Below, in pieces: positions 1 through 12,690 of a stretch of 64,000 bases of DNA. Within the stretch, counting starts at the first letter, position 1. Each line of letters starts with the position of its first letter. The stretch comes from Octopus vulgaris (lineage: Eukaryota), in NCBI GenBank assembly GCA_951406725.2, contig OX597821.1, positions 104,284,001 through 104,348,000 of the forward strand, in the 5' to 3' direction. The notes under the pieces are model-generated. The model was not told the origin of the DNA. It did not search any database and saw nothing but the letters and a program-made list of their open reading frames with translations. The position numbers were made by a program, and so were the translations under genes.

Positions 1-3
1 TGC

Positions 4-83
4 CATTATTATTACTATAATTATTATTATTATTATTATTATTGTTATTATTATTATTACTATAATTATTATTATTATTATTA

Positions 84-148
<65 letters not shown>
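4..148. repeat. (ATT)n microsatellite
   Basis: Directly visible trinucleotide repeat. Confidence 0.98.
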
Positions 149-702
149 GAGCGAGAGAGTAGTGCATGTCATCAAAGTGACAATGGAGTAAAATATATGA
201 AGCCCTGTAAACCATCATGTCTACCCGTCTGATAAGGGTACACCAGGCACATGCATCACAACCATATGTGCGCAACATGGTGATCTCATATCAAGAATAA
301 CAGCTCATGACCTTGCAGGTGGGGCCCAGATAGAATTTCTTTCTGGTCGATTTGCCCATCCCGCTGAAAAGTTCCCTGAATAAGGACTGTTTAAGGATGT
401 TGAACGAATCACCCATGTTTCAAAAGGTGAATTATCAAAACCTCCAAGAATTTCTTTCAGCACACGGCTATGATGCTCTTCCACAACTTCTGCTCATGAT
501 CAGATATGCGCATATCGTCAGCCACTAAGGGATATGGTCAACTGGTTAAGGTCAAACAACTGATATGCAAATCTGGGATATTTATCAAAATATTTGCTGT
601 AGCCCATCTTTTATACCAAGACAAAACAATGTACATGATAACTCTTCCAATCAGTGAAGATCAGAAGCCACGAGACCCACTACCTGGTACTGCATCAGGG
701 CA
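149..702. mobile_element. ~555-bp non-autonomous element in (ATT)n, copy 1
   Basis: Aligns end to end with 717-1271 (starts GAGyGAG..GCATG.CATCAAAGTGACA, ends GGTACTGCATCAGGGCA); (ATT)n on both sides; no credible ORF. Confidence 0.85.
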
Positions 703-716
703 TTATTATTATTATT

Positions 717-1271
717 GAGTGAGCGAGCAGAGCATGCCATCAAAGTGACACTGGGGTAAAATATACGAAGCCCAGTATACCCATCATGACTACCCGTCTG
801 ATAAGGGTACACCAGGCACATGCATCACAACCATATGTGCGCGACATGGTGATCTCATATCAAGATAAACATCACATAACCTTGCAGGTGGAGCCCAGTT
901 AGAATTTTCTTCAGATCGAGTAACCCATCCCGCTCAAAAGGTCCCTGAATAAGGGTTGTTTAAGGACGTTGAACGAAACACCCATGTTTCCAGAGGTGAA
1001 TTATTCAAACCCCAAAGAATCCTTCTCAACACATGGCTATGATGCTCCCCCACTACTGCTGCTCGTGATCAGAGTTGCACGTATCATCAGCCACTAAAGG
1101 ACATGCTCAACTGGTTAAGGTCAAACAACTGACAAGCAAATCTGTGGTATTGAGCAGAATATTTGCTGTAGCCCATCTTTTATACCAAGACAAAACAATG
1201 TACATGATAACACTTCCAATCAGTTAAGATCAGAAACCATGAGAGCCACTGCCTGGTACTGCATCAGGGCA
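717..1271. mobile_element. ~555-bp non-autonomous element in (ATT)n, copy 2
   Basis: Diverged tandem copy of 149-702, separated by ~5 ATT units and followed by a long (ATT)n. Confidence 0.85.
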
Positions 1272-1314
1272 TTTATTATTATTATTATTATCATTATTAT
1301 TATTATTATTATTA

Positions 1315-1406
<92 letters not shown>

Positions 1407-1460
1407 ATTAGTATTATTATTATTAATATTATTATCATTAACATTATTATTATTACTATT
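1272..1460. repeat. (ATT)n microsatellite
   Basis: Directly visible. Confidence 0.97.
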
Positions 1461-2940
1461 TTCTTTTATTGTTGTTGTCGTTGCTCTTGGTGTTATGTAG
1501 AAAATTATTTAAACGGTCTTAGTGTGTCATATATATACGTCTAGGTCGAAATTTCCATTAACTTTTCTTAGACAATTTTCAATTCAACATCGTCAGTCTT
1601 ATCTTCTCCAGCATTTTCCGCAGTATTGCTAGGATATCTACTAACGCAGTCATTTTCCTGCACTAGCCGGATGTATATAATGAGTATTTATAGTTTATTC
1701 CTGGGACGTGAATATTTATAACATATAGCTTCTATTATGTTTCAACTTCAATACGTTCAGTTTACTTCTAAATGTCATATTGTCTGTAGCCATTCTGTAA
1801 AATTAAGCAACAATGCCGTTAATAAATCGAATAATCGGTATAAACACCAGCCAAAATCGTACTTTGAACAAGTAAAATATTCATTTATCCATTGATTCCT
1901 ATTATCATTAGTGTTAATGAGGCTATTGTGAATAATAAGTTAATTAATTGGAAGAACAAAAAAACTGTTTATGTGTAGAAAACTTTGGAAACTACAAGTC
2001 TTTTGTGCTAACAGTTTTCAGATCAATTACGTTGAAATTTGGCTCATTCTATGTTTTTTTAGCTTACTATGTCAGCCAATATTTCTGAAGCACGTTGAAT
2101 GATATGTTCTTAACTCGCTGAAATTACAAAAAAGCTAATCAATGGATTGATAACCTATCAGAAGAATCAGTTATTGGCGACTTTGTTCTTCGTCGCTCGA
2201 CTGTGTACACACACAATATGTACTTAATCACCAAGTAAAACAAAACTGATATCGCTGCGACATTGATTTCTCGTTAATCGTGTTTTCATGTTGGAACATG
2301 ATGCCACAAATAAAATTAAAAACAAACTACCGACTTATATTGAAATTTAAAAGCAAAATAAATACGGAAATTGTCTGAGTGCAGATCTTAATGTAATGAA
2401 AAGTGAAACTAAACAAACTTTAAATTTAAATGAATTTATACCGATGATCGCCATTAAAGAAAACGCTTATATAAATGTGTTCATAAATCGTTTAGCTACT
2501 TTGGAAACACATCGTCGCTTCCATTTTTTATGATAGAGAGAGAGAGAGAGAGGGAAAGGGAGAGACGAAGATAGGTAGTGATAGGTGCTGGGAGAGAAAG
2601 AGAGCAAGATATAGTGTGAAAAGTAGAGAGAGATTAAGGGAGACAAATGAAGGTAGCGATGGTAGAGATAGAAAGGGGAAAGGAGAGAAAGAGGGTAAGA
2701 TAGAGTGTGGAAGGTAGAGAAGGAAAGAACTAAAACGAATTGAGGGAAATAATGAGAGCAGGATATAGTGAGAGACATACACGGAAATGCCTTCTGCTTG
2801 GTCACCAATTATGCTAGAAATAATAGGGAAAGCCAAGTGAAAAGATAGTAACAAAACAACAAAGCAAGAAGGCACCTACATATACAGGATATTCGTTTCC
2901 TAGTGTAATGCCTTCTTTTTGTCAGTATATTGAATATCTG

Positions 2941-3080
2941 GAAGGCAGTGAATTTTCGGAATCCTTAGAACGTCGGGTAAATTTCTTAGAGACATTTTGT
3001 CTTTGCGTTCTGAGTTCAAATTCTACCTATGTCGACTTTACCTTTTATACTTTCGGGTTTGTAGGGGATAAGTTGATTGG
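2941..3080 (+). mobile_element. Degenerate tRNA-derived SINE (family of 16177-16409)
   Basis: GTTCTGAGTTCAAATT..GTCGACTTTACCTTT matches the B-box/body of the better copies. Confidence 0.7.
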
Positions 3081-3532
3081 CTGCGTCTGTTTGAGCGCCA
3101 ATAATTTGCCACGGCTGAATGGGCGTTGAGTCTCTTTTAACGACAGTAATCTTCCTGCGCTGGGCATGGGCTCACACACACACACACAACCCACTTGAGT
3201 ACACTTACGCTTGCGCATGCAAAAGCTTGAACAGAATCAATGAGTAAGAGAGATAGTGAAAAAAACGAGAGAGAATGAGAATGAGAAAGAGAGAGACAGA
3301 GAGAGAGAGAAAGAGAGAGAGAGAAAGAGAGAGAGATAAAGAGAGAGAGAGAGAGATTGTAATTGAAATGATTGAACACGATTGACACAAATACTTAGTC
3401 TCTCCTCATAAACACCTGTGAACAATGCTAACACATAAGCAGTGAGAGAGAGAGAGAGGGGGAGAGAAAGAGAGAGAGAAAGGGGAGAGAAAGAAAGGAG
3501 ATAGACACAGAAAGAGTGAAAGGCATGAAGAC

Positions 3533-3586
3533 TTCTGACGTCAGAAACGTCAACGTCCAATCACCGTTGTACAATAGATGGCGCCA
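3533..3586. promoter_or_regulatory. Possible regulatory motif cluster (CRE palindrome, CCAAT, CTCF/YY1-like)
   Basis: TTCTGACGTCAGAA palindrome, CCAATC and TAGATGGCGC within ~55 bp; motif match only. Confidence 0.25.
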
Positions 3587-4475
3587 CAACGACTGATACC
3601 AAATGTGAGATAGCTTTGAACCTGGCAGTTCAAAATCACATTAAAGGATAATAAAGGCTCCCAGTTTTTCAGGATAGAGAACATTGACTATTCTAATGGT
3701 GACGTTACGCCCCAAAAATCTCCACAACGACATGTTCTAAGGTAGTAATTGAAAACATGATTCCTGGTTGTGCTTGATCTTATCACACGTAATTTCAAAC
3801 GTATGTATGTGAAAGCAGCGCTATATATTTAAATAGCCGAGTTGTATGAAGTTATAATATTAAAGTTAGAAAAATGCTTCCATAAATATGCTTCTAAATT
3901 TACAAGAAGATCGATGCTTCTGGGTATATAACTCACACAGATGTGCAAATATACAGACTCATCTACACAACCAAACGCACAAATACTATACAGCGCATAT
4001 ACACACATGCAAACTTGAATATAAGACGTTATTTGTAAATACCCTTCGATACCCCTGTGGTCTCTAAAATTGCATTCCTTTACAATCATGTATCGCTGTA
4101 TTCAAATGTTTTAACATATATATTCTCTTCTGTGAACGTCGGCGCAAATATATATATGTATTCCTGCCATTAGCTTTGTAAATGTTATAACCAGCTATTA
4201 TGAATAAATAAATGTAAATTGCTTGTATTTTCTCCGAGGTTATTTATGAGAAATTTACATCGTCTTCTAAAAATTTCTCCTCTGTATTGTCGAAAATAAT
4301 TTCGTCACTTAATATCTATCAATATATGCAACTATCTTGCACACACACAGACACACACACACAAACACAAACAAATACAGCCACACAAATACACACACAC
4401 AGACACACTCACAGATACACATACATACACACAGACAAATACACACACACAAACACTCGCACGAGCAGACACATG

Positions 4476-4531
<56 letters not shown>

Positions 4532-4555
4532 AGAGAACAAAGTGTACCTACGCCG

Positions 4556-4624
<69 letters not shown>

Positions 4625-4852
4625 CACATATTTATATAAGCAATAATAAAACTCTGAACGAGATGTAAACAGTAACTGCACGACAATGTAAGGTATACTA
4701 GCCATCTCAATATGGCTAACCACTAAGGGTGGGTGTTACTGTAGCTTGTAGCCCCAGGAGATCATCGTCTCCAGCTGGCTTTAGGCACACTTTCCGTGCC
4801 CTTATGGTATTTGAAAAGGGAGGTCATCCCTCCCTCGTCAACATAGGTGACA

Positions 4853-4897
4853 CGCATGGACTGCAGTTTCTAGTTATTTGCCTGTCTTCAGCGTACG
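4853..4897 (-). ncRNA. Type I hammerhead ribozyme motif (minus-strand arm)
   Basis: Reverse complement: CGTACG-CTGAAGA-CAGGCAAATAACTA-GAAA-CTGCAG-TC-CATGCG; one mismatch in stem I. Confidence 0.65.
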
Positions 4898-5084
4898 GCA
4901 GACACCGGTTGTCGATGAAGAGAGTCCCAATGCAAATCTTTATATCGTTTTTCCAGTAACCTTTCGTCACTGATCTCGTCACTATTGCTTGCATACAGTT
5001 TTTCGAGATCAGTGACGAAAAGTTACTGGAAAAACGATATGAAGATTTGCATTCGGACTCCCTTCATCGACAACCGGTGACTGC

Positions 5085-5129
5085 CGTACGCTGAAGACAG
5101 GCAAATAACTAGAAACTGCAGTCCGTGCG
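5085..5129 (+). ncRNA. Type I hammerhead ribozyme motif
   Basis: CGTACG-CTGAAGA-CAGGCAAATAACTA-GAAA-CTGCAG-TC-CGTGCG: stem I, CUGANGA, short stem II, GAAA, palindromic stem III, GUC site. Confidence 0.75.
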
Positions 5130-6060
5130 TTTCACCTAGTTTGACGAGGGAGGGATGATCTCCCTTTGCAAATACCATAAGGGCACAGAAAGTGTGCCTA
5201 AAGCCAGCTGGAGACGATGATCTCCTGGGGCTACAAGTTACAGTAACACCCACCCTTAATGGTTAGCCATATTGAGATGGCTAGTATACCTTACATATAT
5301 TTATATATATATTTATAAAATATAAAATGAGACAAGAACGCAAAACATCCAAATAGACGATACAAAATGCATGGACAGGTCATTCGAAGCTTCTAATCTT
5401 CAGTCAAGAACCGGATCCTCCTCGCAATTTCGGCTGATTAATCTTGAGATTGCTCCAATCTGGCCAGCCCCAGGGAAAAAACTAAACTACGAGCTTTAGA
5501 TTCCTTGGGAAAAGGATGGTATGTATACGAAACAAGGACAGAAAAACGTATGTATGTATGCACGTATGTGTGTGAGGAGTGTTTCTATTCCGATCGCCAG
5601 AGTATCAAAGACTGGTCAGCAAGGAGAACTCCGGCGTGCTCTCAATCCTGCTTCTACTGCAGTTGCCAGCAGAGTATCACAGACAGAAACATAGACAGAA
5701 GCGGAATTATACTAATTTAGACTCCAAAGTAATCACGAAATTACACCGTCCAGTGGACGGCGGAAGGGGGGCGTTTACTAATCTTAGATATGATTACTTT
5801 ATGAGCAGCTGATATTTCCTATCTATTGTTGAGTAAGTATGCCGAGTACGTCTTCACTGGAGAGCAGTGATCAAAACAGTGCATGCCCACTGGGAGACGC
5901 CCCCAATTATCTTGTAGTATAAAAAATTGTGCTCTCAATTTACTCTTATTAAAATTATATTAAGCCTTTATATTGACAGATATACTCAAAGGCACTTCCA
6001 CTAACGATATAAGCATATATATATATATTATGTGTGTATGTGTGTGTGTGTGTGTGTATC

Positions 6061-6975
6061 CTTTGCGGGAAGGACTGTTTCAACGAAGTCGCGTTTTGGC
6101 CTTGCCTTCGAAAGGCGGAGTATTTGAAACTGGGACATCTGATGGAGGGGAATATTCTCTATGTTGCATGTTTCGTTTTTCTGTTAGTTTTTCTTTTTCT
6201 TTTTCCGCCCCAAAGTTCGGTTTCTTTGTTTTTGTTTTTACGTTTTCGCTTCTCATTGTGTTCAACATTAATTTATGTCCTCTACCCATATATGCATGTA
6301 TATATACATACGTATGTATATATGCATATATTTATATTATTACATGATCGAACGCCATGCATCCTTTTCCAAGTAAGTTTTATCTTAATAATTATGATGC
6401 TCGCTCTTCTATCTCTACTCTCTCTTCACTGTCTATTTCCCTCCCTCTCTCACTCTTCTTCCTTGACTCTCTCTTCGCTGACACGTGAGGAAAGGGAATC
6501 TATCTTACTGTCCACTTCCTTCCCAAAGACAGCACGTGCTTATACCTGTTTTCTCTCATAAGCTCGTTCTCCTAGCGTTCATAACTTTCCTATCGTCTTG
6601 GCTTGACAGCCCTCACCGTTTGTTTTTACTGTCTTGTTCTCACTCATGTTTTGTTACCACTTTCACCCTACGAAAAATAACTGAAATTTTATTTAATTTG
6701 CTTTGCGGGTAGGACTGTTTCAACGAAGTCGCGCATTGTCCTTAACTTCGAAACGCGGAGTAGATGGAACATGGAACATGGACAACTGATGAAGGGGAAT
6801 ATACTTTATGCTGCATGTCTTGTTTCTCAGTTTTTTTTTGTAGTTCGTTTTCTATGTTTTTGTTTTTTATGTTTTCGTTTCTCATTGTGATCAACGTTTG
6901 TTTGATGTCCTGTACCCATGTATGCATGTATATATACATATATATGTAGGTATGTACATATATGAATATATGCAT
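6061..6975 (+). mobile_element. Diverged direct repeats (~6061-6320 and ~6701-6975), Penelope-pLTR-like
   Basis: Both start CTTTGCGGGwAGGACTGTTTCAACGAAGTCGCG, contain CTGATGrAGGGGAATAT and end in TA-rich tracts. Confidence 0.6.
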
Positions 6976-7001
6976 ATATTTATATATATTTTATGTTATA
7001 T

Positions 7002-7564
7002 AATTTTTCTAGTTTGTTGCACACACGCATTTTTGCTAATACATACGCGGTGAAGCTATACATTAGCGTCGTATTATTACGTTCGCTATTTCCAGTAAAT
7101 ATCGGTACTTAGTTGTGCCTTATATTTACTATTTTGTGTATTTTTCCCTCACGGGCTATTCTTTACTGGAAGGCGATATTCTAGTATTGCATTACTAATT
7201 TATTGAAGCTTCTTCACCGTTTTTCGTGCTGTTGGCGTTTCGGCGTATCAGTCGAGTGTAATAGCATTAATGTGGTAACATCGTAGCTTTTGTCACGGTA
7301 TATGCTTGACTGATGAAGATAAAACAAGATTATGGGAGGCAGACATATCTTGTAAAATCTGAAACCTGCAGGTCCCACATTATCCTTTTCCAGGTATTTC
7401 ATCTTTCAGATGTTCTCCCTGGAGGTAAGACAATTTTTCTAGTTTGTTGCACACACGCATTTTTGCTAATACATACGCGGTGAAGCTATACATTAGCGTC
7501 GTATTATTACGTTCGCTATTTCCAGTAAATATCGGTACTTAGTTGTGCCATATATTTACTATTT

Positions 7565-7569
<5 letters not shown>
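7002..7569 (+). mobile_element. 430-nt hammerhead-bearing monomer with 138-bp terminal direct repeat
   Basis: 7002-7139 matches 7432-7569 with 1 mismatch; TA-rich flanks; hammerhead core at 7310-7374. Confidence 0.8.
7302..7380 (+). ncRNA. Hammerhead ribozyme motif with long stem II
   Basis: CTGATGA-AGAT aaa ACAAGAT..ATCTTGT aaa ATCT-GAAA-CCTGCAGG-TC; core, stem II and palindromic stem III intact; stem I imperfect. Confidence 0.65.
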
Positions 7570-7636
<67 letters not shown>

Positions 7637-7778
7637 CGAACGATAAATATAATCTCTTTATTTGTGAAACAAGGGTAACATTGGTTTCATATTAATAAAA
7701 ATTTGAATATATATATATATATATGAGGGGGGGGGAATGAAAGCCAGAATATGGAGTATACGAGAATTTATTATTAAG

Positions 7779-7880
7779 CACGACTAGTGTTTCGACACAT
7801 CTAAGATCGATCCTTCTCGGATAGGACCCTCAACCACTAGTTCAGGAGTATCCAGCGGTGCAGATGTATCACGTCTGGTG
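7779..7880 (-). ncRNA. Degenerate hammerhead-like motif with extended stem II
   Basis: Reverse complement: CAC-CAGACGT-GATACATCT...AGATGTGTC-GAAA-CACTAG-TC-GTG; two substitutions in CUGANGA. Confidence 0.4.
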
Positions 7881-8467
7881 ATAAGTAGACACAAATCATT
7901 AGAATAACAGTCCCCCAATGTATCTCCTCATTTTGTAGATAAAATCAACACGACGAAGGAAATATTCTCCTTTACAAGGAAGATCAAAAATAAGATCCCG
8001 GATTGAAAAATGAAACGAACATTGCAATACAGCGAGTAAAGTATTAAGAATAACCGTTAACAAGTATGGATATATGAAATCCCTCGCGCAAGCATCCACG
8101 AAAATTGAACATACGCACTCATGACGTTTCGTTCACTCACGATCACAAAGCGAGTTAAATATCTACTTGGTGTTTATAAGAATGGAGAGGTTAGATTTAA
8201 ACTTAATTCATTCATACCTTAAAGTAAATTATATTAGCAGTTACTGAAAGTTGATTCCCACTGCATTGTGCAGAAGTACATTTATATGCGTGCAGGCATC
8301 TCAAGAGCCTTTCAGAAATTCTATTAATGATCTTCTCATTAGTCCACAGAATAGACAGGGATTCCTCGGAGCAGAGGCGACACCTGCTGGGAATTATACT
8401 GTATGGTTTCGCGTACCTTACTTCTGAACAATTTACTCAAAGTTCATTACCATATATATATGTATGC

Positions 8468-8532
<65 letters not shown>

Positions 8533-8552
8533 TGTGTATATATATATATGTT

Positions 8553-8605
<53 letters not shown>

Positions 8606-8609
<4 letters not shown>

Positions 8610-9144
8610 ATAATCAAATAGGGTAATAAAATAAATTATTATTACCAGTGACCTAGCACAAAAGACGAGTTAGTCATTAGACTATATATTTTTCGTATAG
8701 AAATATAATAAAAGGCTTCCAAATAAGGAAAATTATAGTCTAATGACTAACTCGTCTCTTGTGCTAAGCCACTGGTAATAATAATTTATTTTATTACCCT
8801 ATTTGATTATGTTTAAATATTGCTTGATAAATTTGTTCGTAAATTTTAATGGCATCCTCTCTATTCACCGGGTATGATTTGCGTCTGCGCAGAGGTTTGA
8901 AAAGTTAGGATATACAAACCGTTAAATCTACATGTGCTTCTAACAGTGTGTGCGTCTAGGATTAGGAAGGCTTCCCGCTGAAGAACCTGGCCTGCCAAAT
9001 ATATTCTGTGTGTTTGCTAATATAGGTAGAAACCGTTCGGTCTGGGATATAGCTGAGATGGTAAATGTTTTTAATTTTCATTCCTTTCATGAATTTATCC
9101 CTTTTTTTGTTTCTAGCACTACGCTTCCTTATTTGGAAGCCTTT

Positions 9145-9152
<8 letters not shown>
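8606..9152 (+). mobile_element. Hammerhead-bearing element with an inverted junction-spanning fragment, between (TA)n tracts
   Basis: The reverse complement of 8606-8730 reads 9125-9152, then a 16-nt linker, then 8734-8816. Confidence 0.8.
8973..9047 (+). ncRNA. Type I hammerhead ribozyme motif
   Basis: TCCCG-CTGAAGA-ACCT...AGGT-A-GAAA-CCGTTCGG-TC-TGGGA; stems I, II and III pair, with one extra A before GAAA. Confidence 0.65.
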
Positions 9153-9232
<80 letters not shown>

Positions 9233-9790
9233 CTTACAGGATACAGTTATGGGAATTTTCCTTATATTCGTTGAAGTTTGGTTTTGATTGGTTTGGAATT
9301 ATGTGACGTCAGTGAACAGTGCCAGAGAACCGACCACTGTTGCTACTACGATCAACAGCCCTTTACTACGGCTACTGCTGCTGTCACAGCCACAGCTTAG
9401 CTGATATAACCCCAACCACCGCAAAGGTTACCAAAATTACGACCAACAGACGACGACCAAGAATCACTACTGTCGCTTCCATTGGAACACAAGGTAACAC
9501 AGAAGCGGTTCCTTTTGATACCAGCAAGAAATCTATAATGAACGTCTCCACTACACTCGACAAAACAGTAAGGAACGACTATGGATTTTTTTCTATTATA
9601 CTCTTTATAATATATTTGATAAGATTCGTCTTTTCAAGAACATGGATTCTATTGAATGTATGTAACGATTACAAACTGTTCCATTATACTTTTTATAATA
9701 AATTTTTTTGATAATGTTCGTTTCTTCAAGAACCGAAACATGTAAAATTAAAATTTATCTAATATAGTGGCGTTTTCAAACTTCTTTTTT

Positions 9791-9838
<48 letters not shown>

Positions 9839-9880
9839 AGAGATAGATAGATGTAGATATACATATACCATCGCGCGCAA

Positions 9881-9912
<32 letters not shown>

Positions 9913-12149
9913 GTGTATACATATGTATACATACATACACGCATACATATTATCAGTGTTACTGTATTACATTTTAATTGGGAGCATAAAATGCATGAAT
10001 CTACATGTGTTTTAATTTGTATAATGCAGATCCTAATCTATAATATGACCAGAGGCTCACGCCAGGAATGTCTTTGATCTTCGGTTAGCTAAATGAGGAT
10101 AAGCCGAGGATTGAGTGCATTCGACTAATGATAAGATATTCTCACATGGCATTCCAATTAGCAAACACCTTCACGAACGCATTTCCACCAGTTTCCTTTT
10201 CAAATCATCTTGCGAACGGCAATATGAAAGGTCTGTAAATATATTTCTGTTTTCCAGCGTCGCTAACTTTGGTAGGACGCATAAAATATATCCTGAAATC
10301 TGATATTCAAACCGTAATGTGTGCCCGAGAGTAAACTCTAATGAAGGCATCCAATATGCAGTTTGTGATGATAAACTTGTTTAACAGAATCTAGAGAATC
10401 CAGGTCAAATAGAATTAAAATAAACACTACGAAGAGTTTGATCTATATTCTAACTTTTATGCTAGTTCGACCTGCTAGAATTAACGGCTAGAAATTCCTC
10501 GTAGCAGAAACCTTCGTTGTCTTAGGTAGAGATATATCTCATTAGATTATACAGCTTTTGATAGCTGTAAATGAAAAGACAGAACACAGCTTGATGAACA
10601 TGGCAGGAATATATTTTGATAGAACTGTAAAATTAAGAGTGAGCTGGGTTTAAACTAACACATTGATGATATCAGTAGGATTGAAGAGGAGAGACTTCTG
10701 AGCGCGGATTCGACTAGTAAGGAAGAAAGACTAAATCTCCTTCGAGATAGTATAGTACTGTCCCGTTTAATAGATGGATATATTGTATAAGTCAATGCTA
10801 GATTTTCTTAAAAGGACAGGGCGGTCAAGTCTATAAACATTTGAATGTTCTACTCGATCAGAACTGATATGTGGGATAAAGAAAAACAAAAAACAAAATC
10901 ATATTATATCAAACTAACGAAGCATATGTTACTTTCTTTGCTGCATGATCTCTTCGTTAAGACCTCATAAACATTGCTTGATCGTCCAATCTACCTACTT
11001 CCAGATGAAAAAGTGAAAGATTATGCACAAACGTGTGTGTAATTTAAGACGAAATAGCTTTTATTCTTGTCACACACCAACGCACGCAGTACAACAGCAT
11101 CGTATACCAACAATCAATACAAAATGGCGATAACACTATATGCATAAACACAAATTTCTCAGACTCAGGCACTATCTTTTTCTTTGCCTTCATTAAAATA
11201 TATCCTTACAGCATGACTCCTGGAATATTTATCTACGAAATTTATGATTCCACGCGAATGTATCCTATCATTTTGTTTTGAAGTGGAAAGAAAAATCTCT
11301 TTATTTACATGAAAATCGTAGAGACCAATCTCTCCCCCCCGTCTCAACCATTTTCTCTATCTATCACAGTATCGATCGGCATATCTATCTCACTTTAACT
11401 ATACGTTATCCCTTCCAATGCAGTAAATTTTTTTAGTGAGTGCTACTGCGTACTTCTTGAATAAGGTGCGTGTTGGTGTGTGCGTACGTGTGTATGATTG
11501 CAATTATCTGTGCTTAAGCATTTGCAACAATTTATTTTATTTTATATTGTATTTCATGCTGCGTGCTCTACAAAACCTCAATCTATCATAGGTCGGTTCC
11601 TGTGATCTATAAATGTTTAAAAGGGGTGCACTTTCTGAACACCTAATCAAATGTTTTGCAGTTTTGAACAACTGACAGTACTTGTGTAGTATTCCCTCTA
11701 AAGTAGCGTGAAGACGATGGAGAAATTTAATTTCCATGAGCATTAAACTCAGAATTTAAAGTGTTGTAACATATACCCCAAACTTATTAAAAGACACACG
11801 ATTCTGATGATTATTGATGCGACGACCGAGTACTCCAGCTGGTATATCATATCGGCCGCTGTTGATACAATTGGTAACTGTGCTCTACTCTACCAAGAAC
11901 ACCTGTTACATGGCAACACAGGAATGAGATCAATTAAACTAGACTCAGCACTTAAGTGATATTTTATGGATTTAATTTCTGCAGCGTGTAATGTTAAATT
12001 ACCTAGATAACATTTGAATTCTGTACATTAAGTACGTTAATTGTCGGAAGAAATTCCAAAAAGCATTTGTCTGAGTGTCCGTGGCCATAACAAATGACAT
12101 GTTCTCCTCCTTTCTTTTGTTTTCTCTATCTCTGCGAAATGAAATTTGC

Positions 12150-12690
12150 TGTATGTATGTATGTATGCATGTATGTATGTATGTTTGTATGTATGTATGT
12201 ATGTATGTATGTATGTATGTATGTATGTATGTATGTATGTATGTTTGTATGTATGTATGTATGTATGTATGTGTGTGATGTATGTATGTGTGTATGTATG
12301 TATGTATGTATGTATGTATGTATGTATGTATGTGTATGTATGTATGTATGTATGTATGTATGTATGTATGTATGTATGTGTGTATGTATGTATGTATGTA
12401 TGTATGTATGTATGTTTGTATGTATGTATGTATGTATGTATGTGTGTGAGTATGTATGTTTGTATGTATGTATGTATGTATGTATGTATGTATGTATGTA
12501 TGTATGTATGTATGTGTGTATGTATGTATGTATGTATGTATGTATGTATGTATGTATGTATGTATGTATGTTGTGTATGTATGTATGTGTGTATGTATGT
12601 GTGTGAGTATGTATGTTTGTATGTATGTATGTATGTATGTATGTATGTATGTATGCATGTTTGTATGTACGTATGTATGTATGTATGTAT
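12150..12690. repeat. (TATG)n microsatellite
   Basis: Directly visible; source of the CMYV/HTYI ORFs. Confidence 0.98.

Larger units (their letters stand above)
4632..5296. mobile_element. Inverted pair of ~350-nt hammerhead-bearing elements (Penelope pLTR / retrozyme-like)
   Basis: 4687-4978 is the near reverse complement of ~5004-5296 with a ~25-bp spacer; flanked by TA-rich tracts; homologous to 31018-31401. Confidence 0.85.

Noticed and set aside
4729-5253. Two similar 76-aa ORFs on opposite strands
   Set aside because: By-product of the inverted repeat; GTG starts, antisense to the ribozyme strand, no recognisable domain
9319-9711. 130-aa Thr-rich ORF
   Set aside because: GTG start, no domain, no splice support, lies between (TA)n tracts; more likely a repeat fragment
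10066-10124. 57-nt GU-rich hairpin resembling a pre-miRNA
   Set aside because: Resembles the stem-loop tail of a dispersed repeat (similar decayed sequence near 10840-10880); no expression evidence
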